A stretch of DNA of 31,449 nt. Origin: Candidatus Bipolaricaulota bacterium (GTDB lineage: Bacteria; Bipolaricaulota; Bipolaricaulia; UBA7950; UBA9294). Each line of letters starts with the position of its first letter. Within the stretch, counting starts at the first letter, position 1. The notes below the pieces were generated by a model. That model worked only from the letters and a program-made list of their open reading frames with translations. It had not been told where the DNA came from and searched no databases. Made by a program: the position numbers and the translations under genes. The stretch is taken from positions 388,216 through 419,664 of the forward strand of contig CP070725.1 of assembly GCA_020350845.1 (NCBI GenBank). The letters run 5' to 3'. This document shows positions 27,061-31,449 of this stretch, in pieces.

Positions 27061-28254
27061 TCACGACTCGCGCAGCGCCTCGAGCGCCGGCAGGCGGCGG
27101 CCGCGGAGCAAGGCCAGCGAAGCCCCGCCACCGGTGGAGATGTGGGACATCGACTCCGCCAGTCCGAAGCTGGAGACCGCGTCGCCGGTCTCCCCTCCTC
27201 CGACCACGGTGTACGCATCCGTTGCCGCCATCGCCTCGGCGAGGCCTCGCGTCCCGGAGGCGAACGCCGGGTCCTCGTACATCCCCATCGGTCCGGTCCA
27301 CAAGACGGAACCCGCTCCCGCGATCCGCTCCGCAAACCGGGCGACCGTCTCCGGGCCGATGTTGAAGCCGCTGCGCTCCGGAGGGATCTCATCCACCGCG
27401 AAGATCTCCGCCTCCGAGGCCGCTTCCGGAGCTTCGGCCGTCACCACGTCCGACGGAAGGAGGACGGTCACCCCGCGCTCCCCGGCGTTGGCGAGCACCT
27501 CCTCCACTTCATCGAGCAGGGCGTGCTCCACGGGAGAGGTCCCGACATGGACGCCGAGCGCCTCGAGCAGTGTGTACGCCACCCCACCGCCGACAAGGAT
27601 CTCATCCACGGTGCGGATCAAGTCGCGCAGCGGTCCGAGCTTGCTCTTCGCCTTCTTCCCCCCGATCACCGCCACGTACGGTCGCTTCGGCTCCTCGACG
27701 AGCGGCGACAGCGCTTCGAGCTCCTTCTGAACGAGCAGCCCGGCGTAGGCGGGGAGGTGATCCGCGACTCCGACCGTCGACGCATGCGCACGATGCAGCG
27801 TGGCAAACGCATCGTTGACGAACAGATCTCCGAGGCTCGACAGCCATCGGGCGAACGGGCTCTCGTTGGCCGTCTCCTCGGGATGGAAGCGGACATTCTC
27901 GAGAACGTGAATGGCCTCATCGGCCGCCTCGTCGATGTGCGGGCGGACATCCTCCTCATGCTCGGTGTGGAGGATGATGGGCGCTTCCAGGAGCTCCCCG
28001 AGAAGATCGGCGATCGGCCGCAGGGAGAGTTCGGGGACGACCTTTCCCTCGGGGCGGCCGAGATGGCTGAAGACGACGACCTTCGCGCCGCGTTCGCGCA
28101 GAAGCCGGAGCGTCGGGAGCGAGGCCTGAATCCGCGTGTCGTCCCCGATCTGCCCGTCGGCCATCGGGACGTTGTAGTCTACGCGGACCGCCACCACCTG
28201 TCCCTCCACCTGCGCATCCTGAACCCGCCGCAATCCCGCGAACGCGCCGCTCAT
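27061..28254 (-). CDS. pgk: Phosphoglycerate kinase
   Basis: RVDYNVP, DDTRI, SHLGRP, ENVRF, VNDAF..HRAHAS, GGKKAK, GGGET, ISTGGGASL. Confidence 0.98.
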   Translation of the reverse strand: MSGAFAGLRRVQDAQVEGQVVAVRVDYNVPMADGQIGDDTRIQASLPTLRLLRERGAKVVVFSHLGRPEGKVVPELSLRPIADLLGELLEAPIILHTEHEEDVRPHIDEAADEAIHVLENVRFHPEETANESPFARWLSSLGDLFVNDAFATLHRAHASTVGVADHLPAYAGLLVQKELEALSPLVEEPKRPYVAVIGGKKAKSKLGPLRDLIRTVDEILVGGGVAYTLLEALGVHVGTSPVEHALLDEVEEVLANAGERGVTVLLPSDVVTAEAPEAASEAEIFAVDEIPPERSGFNIGPETVARFAERIAGAGSVLWTGPMGMYEDPAFASGTRGLAEAMAATDAYTVVGGGETGDAVSSFGLAESMSHISTGGGASLALLRGRRLPALEALRES

Positions 28255-28282
28255 ACCCCGCCTCCTTTGCCCTCACGATCCC

Positions 28283-28331
28283 TTGAACGCCCACTGCAAG
28301 GGCATTATAATGCTCCGTGATGAACAGTCAA
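28283..28331. promoter_or_regulatory. Bidirectional sigma70 promoter with overlapping -10 elements
   Basis: Plus strand: TTGAAC (28283-28288), 17 nt, TATAAT (28306-28311). Minus strand: TTGACT (28331-28326), 16 nt, TATAAT (28309-28304). Central palindrome GCATTATAATGC (28302-28313). Confidence 0.8.
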
Positions 28332-29264
28332 AACCTGATCCTCCTCGGGATCGGTCTGTTCGTGTCCGTCATCGTCGCGACCCTCGCCTACAACGAGTTT
28401 CAGCAGCTGGAGCATCGGCCGACGGAGCCCGGCGGACTGATCTGGCAGGTGAACTCCGCCTTCGATCGAATCCGCGATCTCGAGGCCGTACTCGAGATCG
28501 AGGTGCAGCCCGAGATGTACGATCCGCTGGTCGGAGCGGATTCGGCGTTCCTCGATGTCGCCGCGTTCCTCCCCACGCCGTCGGCAGGCACGATCCACGC
28601 ACCGTTCCAGATCCTCCTGCAGTACGTCAACGACGAGCAGCCTGCACTCCTCCTGCGCTATCCGGTCGGCGACGACAACAACACCAACGACGAGCTGATC
28701 GTCATCGACAACGGGCGGCTGTCGCATTATCTGCCGTTCGAGAACGCGATGGTCACACGCCTGTGGCCGGCACGACTTCCGCTCATCACCCTCGGACTGA
28801 TGGGCTTCCACCTCAAGACCGTGGAAGACGAGTGGGACGCAGGGAGGGTGTCGCTTCGCGTGCTCCAAGACGTTTCCGGTCTCCCTCCGGGCCTCTTCCA
28901 GGCGGCGATGGACCTCGGATTCACGCTCTCGGGAGACAGGACAGGGGCGGGAGCGATCTGCTTCCGTGCGTCCCATTGCCCCCCGCTCCACGACTGGAGC
29001 TTCGTGAGCATTCAGGATCCGATGTCACAGAGCTCGATCCAGGGGGGATACATCCTCGAGGTGCGCGACGCGGGGAGCGACATGCTCGAGGCGATGATCT
29101 GGGTCGATCGCGGCGACTACACGATTCTCAAGACGGTGCGCTTCGTCGACGGCATGCGCGCGTACAGCATCCGGGCACAGCGCATCGAGATCAATCCGGG
29201 GCTTCTGCGGGACAACCTCGTCGTCCTGCCGCGGGTCTCCCTCGAGATCGAAGCCGGGAGCTAG
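28320..29264 (+). CDS. Membrane-anchored LolA-like (lipoprotein-sorting fold) protein
   Basis: N-terminal hydrophobic segment, then AFDRIRDLEAVLEI, IDNGRLSHYLP.EN, MIWVDRGDYTILK and RIEINPGL, the pattern of LolA-like proteins. Start GTG 28317 or ATG 28320. Confidence 0.6.
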   Translation: MNSQNLILLGIGLFVSVIVATLAYNEFQQLEHRPTEPGGLIWQVNSAFDRIRDLEAVLEIEVQPEMYDPLVGADSAFLDVAAFLPTPSAGTIHAPFQILLQYVNDEQPALLLRYPVGDDNNTNDELIVIDNGRLSHYLPFENAMVTRLWPARLPLITLGLMGFHLKTVEDEWDAGRVSLRVLQDVSGLPPGLFQAAMDLGFTLSGDRTGAGAICFRASHCPPLHDWSFVSIQDPMSQSSIQGGYILEVRDAGSDMLEAMIWVDRGDYTILKTVRFVDGMRAYSIRAQRIEINPGLLRDNLVVLPRVSLEIEAGS

Positions 29265-29767
29265 GAAGCCTCCGCCGACTCGTTGTCGAGCGCCGTCGGC
29301 CGGCGGAACTCGGAGAGATCCATCTCGTACTCGACGAAGTCCTGGAACTCGTCCTCCTCCGCGAACGGCGACTCGATCGAGGAGTCCTCGAAGACCTTGT
29401 CGGCGACATAGATTGGGCTTCCGATGCGAAGAGCGAGGGCGATCGAGTCGGACGGCCGCGCGTCGACCTCGACCGACTCTCCGCCGGCACGAGCGAGGAC
29501 GATCCTCGCGTAGTACGTGCCTTCCTTCTCCTCCGAGATGACGATCCGCTCCACCGACCCCTTGAGATCCTCGATGATCTCCTTCATCAGGTCGTGGGTC
29601 ATCGGTCGCGGGAACCGTCCGCTCTGCAGTCCGAAAGCGATCGCGATCGCTTCCGCCTCCCCGATCCAGATCGGCATCGCGCGATTGGAGTTCCTGTCCT
29701 TGAGCAGGACCACAGGCGAGTTGCTGAGCGGATCGACCAGGAGCGCCTTGATTTCGGCCTCGCGCAT
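29261..29767 (-). CDS. Bifunctional nuclease family (DUF151) protein
   Basis: PVVLLKD...MPIWIGEAEA, PRPMTHDL, YYARI, DARPSDSIALALR. Confidence 0.95.
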   Translation of the reverse strand: MREAEIKALLVDPLSNSPVVLLKDRNSNRAMPIWIGEAEAIAIAFGLQSGRFPRPMTHDLMKEIIEDLKGSVERIVISEEKEGTYYARIVLARAGGESVEVDARPSDSIALALRIGSPIYVADKVFEDSSIESPFAEEDEFQDFVEYEMDLSEFRRPTALDNESAEAS

Positions 29768-29809
29768 TGCTCGTCTCCTTTGGCACCCTCAGGACGACGT
29801 TGGCTGAGC

Positions 29810-29818
29810 ATTATAGCA
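29810..29818 (-). promoter_or_regulatory. Extended -10 promoter upstream of the DUF151 gene
   Basis: TG-C-TATAAT (29818-29810); no good -35 seen. Confidence 0.65.
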
Positions 29819-29871
29819 GTCACCGACGCCGAGGGGAAGTATCCACATCACATTCGTAGGGCAGGCCTCGA

Positions 29872-31416
29872 TCATCCCGGAATCGAAGGAAGAGGCCATC
29901 GCGAAGCGCTTTCCGGATGCTGATAGACGACCTTCCCGCCGAGGAAGGTCATCTCCACGCGCAGCTCGCGGATGCGCCCGGGGGTTGCGACGGGATTCCC
30001 ATTGAGCACGACGAGATCGGCGATGTGCCCGGGGGCAATCTCCCCTTTGGACTCCTCTTCGAAGGAGGCTGCCGCCCCGGCGGCGGTGTAGGCGTGGAGC
30101 GCGTCGGCCACCGACAGGCGCTGCCCGACGTATGGCGCATTGACCGCTCCGTGGATCCCGAGCAGCGGTCCCATCGGCATGCCGTCCGAGCCGAAGACGA
30201 GGGGAAGCCCCTGTGCCGCGATCGTCGCGTGAGGGTTGCTCGTGCGGTCGCGCTCCGCGCCGAGCCTGCGCTCGTAGAAGCTGTCCGGGCCCGACCATCG
30301 GCCGACGAAGTTGGGCTGCATTGAAAGCCACAAGCCGAGAGCGGCGGCACGCTCGACATGCCCCTCCCGCGGGAGCTCGAAGTGCTCGATGCGATGGCGC
30401 AACGTGCGCGACGTGCCGACAGCCTCGTGGGCGGAAATCACCTGCTCGATCGCACGATCGCCGATGGCGTGCACCGCGGTCGGCATCCCCGCCTCCTCGG
30501 CAGCACGCAAGAAGGAACGCAGGTGCTCGTCCGTGTGATTGAGCCGCCCGCGCCCTCCGGTGTCGGCAAACGGGGCGTGGACCGCAGCGTTCGCCGCCCC
30601 GATCGACCCGTCGGCGAACAGCTTGATCCCGCCGAGACGGAGCCACGGATCCCCGAAGCCCTGGTCGATCCCGAGCGCGCGCAACGAGTTGAGAAGTGGT
30701 TCTTCGGGGTAGAGGGTGACGCGCATCTCGCGAAGCCGGCGTGCGGCGACGTAGGCGCGAAGCTCTGCAGGCGCCGCCATCGCGTGCACCGACGTCACGC
30801 CGAGACGATGGGCCGTGCGGGATGCCTCGCACAGACCCTCGACCAGCATTTCCGTCGCGGGAAGCGTGGACCGGGAGAGGGTGAACGCGGCCTCTTCGAG
30901 GAGACTACCGGACTCCGAGTCGACCTGCCTCGCGTCGATCCCCGGGGGAAGCTTGTCGAGGCCGACGCGGTTGACGATCGCCAGGTGTCCGTCCACACGG
31001 ATCGCCGCGAGCGGCGTGTGCGGTGCGATCCGATCCAGCTCCGCGCGCGACAGTCGCTGCGCGGGCTCCCAAGTGGACTCGTCCCATCCGACCCCGATCG
31101 CCCACGTCCCCGCGGGGGTGGCGCGTACTGCTTCTGCAAGCAGTTCCAAAGCGTCCGACCTTCCCGACTCCGCGAGCTGCGTCCGCAGGCCGAGCGCGCG
31201 CAGCCCCTCGTGGACGAAGTGGGTGTGGCCGTCGATGAACCCGGGGAGCAGCGCGCACCCTGCCAGGTCCCACGTGTGTGCCTCGTGGCACCACTCGGGA
31301 CGCTCCTCGAATCGCCCGACCCACGTGATCACTCCTTCCCGCAGCACCACCGTCTCCGCGTGCGGGGACGTGGGAAGGATGCCGCCGGTAAGAACGAGGG
31401 CCGCGCTCGACTCCAT
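29872..31416 (-). CDS. YtcJ-like metal-dependent amidohydrolase (amidohydrolase_3 type)
   Basis: LPGFIDGHTH, GIKLFADGSIG, HAIGDRA, RHRIEH, FGSD, G.IAPG..ADLVVL. Confidence 0.93.
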   Translation of the reverse strand: MESSAALVLTGGILPTSPHAETVVLREGVITWVGRFEERPEWCHEAHTWDLAGCALLPGFIDGHTHFVHEGLRALGLRTQLAESGRSDALELLAEAVRATPAGTWAIGVGWDESTWEPAQRLSRAELDRIAPHTPLAAIRVDGHLAIVNRVGLDKLPPGIDARQVDSESGSLLEEAAFTLSRSTLPATEMLVEGLCEASRTAHRLGVTSVHAMAAPAELRAYVAARRLREMRVTLYPEEPLLNSLRALGIDQGFGDPWLRLGGIKLFADGSIGAANAAVHAPFADTGGRGRLNHTDEHLRSFLRAAEEAGMPTAVHAIGDRAIEQVISAHEAVGTSRTLRHRIEHFELPREGHVERAAALGLWLSMQPNFVGRWSGPDSFYERRLGAERDRTSNPHATIAAQGLPLVFGSDGMPMGPLLGIHGAVNAPYVGQRLSVADALHAYTAAGAAASFEEESKGEIAPGHIADLVVLNGNPVATPGRIRELRVEMTFLGGKVVYQHPESASRWPLPSIPG

Positions 31417-31422
31417 GCCGGG

Positions 31423-31428
31423 ATTGTA
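31423..31428 (-). promoter_or_regulatory. -10 element directly upstream of the amidohydrolase ATG (leaderless-type)
   Basis: TACAAT followed by 6 nt and the ATG; no SD. The -35 position runs off the window end. Confidence 0.55.
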
Positions 31429-31449
31429 CGTGGGCCATTCCCCGGCCCC

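Noticed and set aside
1-31449. CRISPR arrays, IS elements, prophage genes, selenocysteine or frameshift recoding
   Set aside because: No regularly spaced repeats, transposase, integrase or capsid motifs, and no interrupted ORFs needing recoding were seen.

Overview
A high-GC bacterial housekeeping region, with almost every gene on the minus strand. It holds a fused str + S10 + spc ribosomal protein superoperon (rpsL-rpsG-fusA-rpsJ...rpsE-rplO-secY, with secY cut off by the window edge), preceded by an unusually long rpoC. Next come an FmdB-type zinc-ribbon gene, a degenerate PP-loop tRNA-thiolase-like gene, hpf, an orphan HerA/DUF87-like ATPase, a CCA-adding enzyme, rbfA, DUF503, infB, a TPR protein, a family-4 UDG, tRNA-Gly(CCC) and pgk. 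The window ends with a LolA-like gene (the only plus-strand gene), a DUF151 nuclease and a YtcJ-like amidohydrolase. I see no integrase, transposase or CRISPR array. The points of interest lie in departures from canonical core machinery. (1) rpoB is not next to rpoC; a zinc-ribbon gene with a possibly structured leader takes its place. (2) Beta' carries several repeat-module insertions and a Phe-to-Cys change in the trigger loop. (3) tuf and rpmD are absent from their usual positions, and the str-operon EF-G has an altered domain IV tip. (4) A perfect sigma70 promoter is written into the last codons and stop codon of rpoC. (5) A bidirectional promoter is built on a palindromic -10 element. The divergent core proteins suggest a deep-branching lineage; Bipolaricaulota is my guess from general appearance and is not verified. 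All family assignments come from motif recognition by eye; no database search was run.
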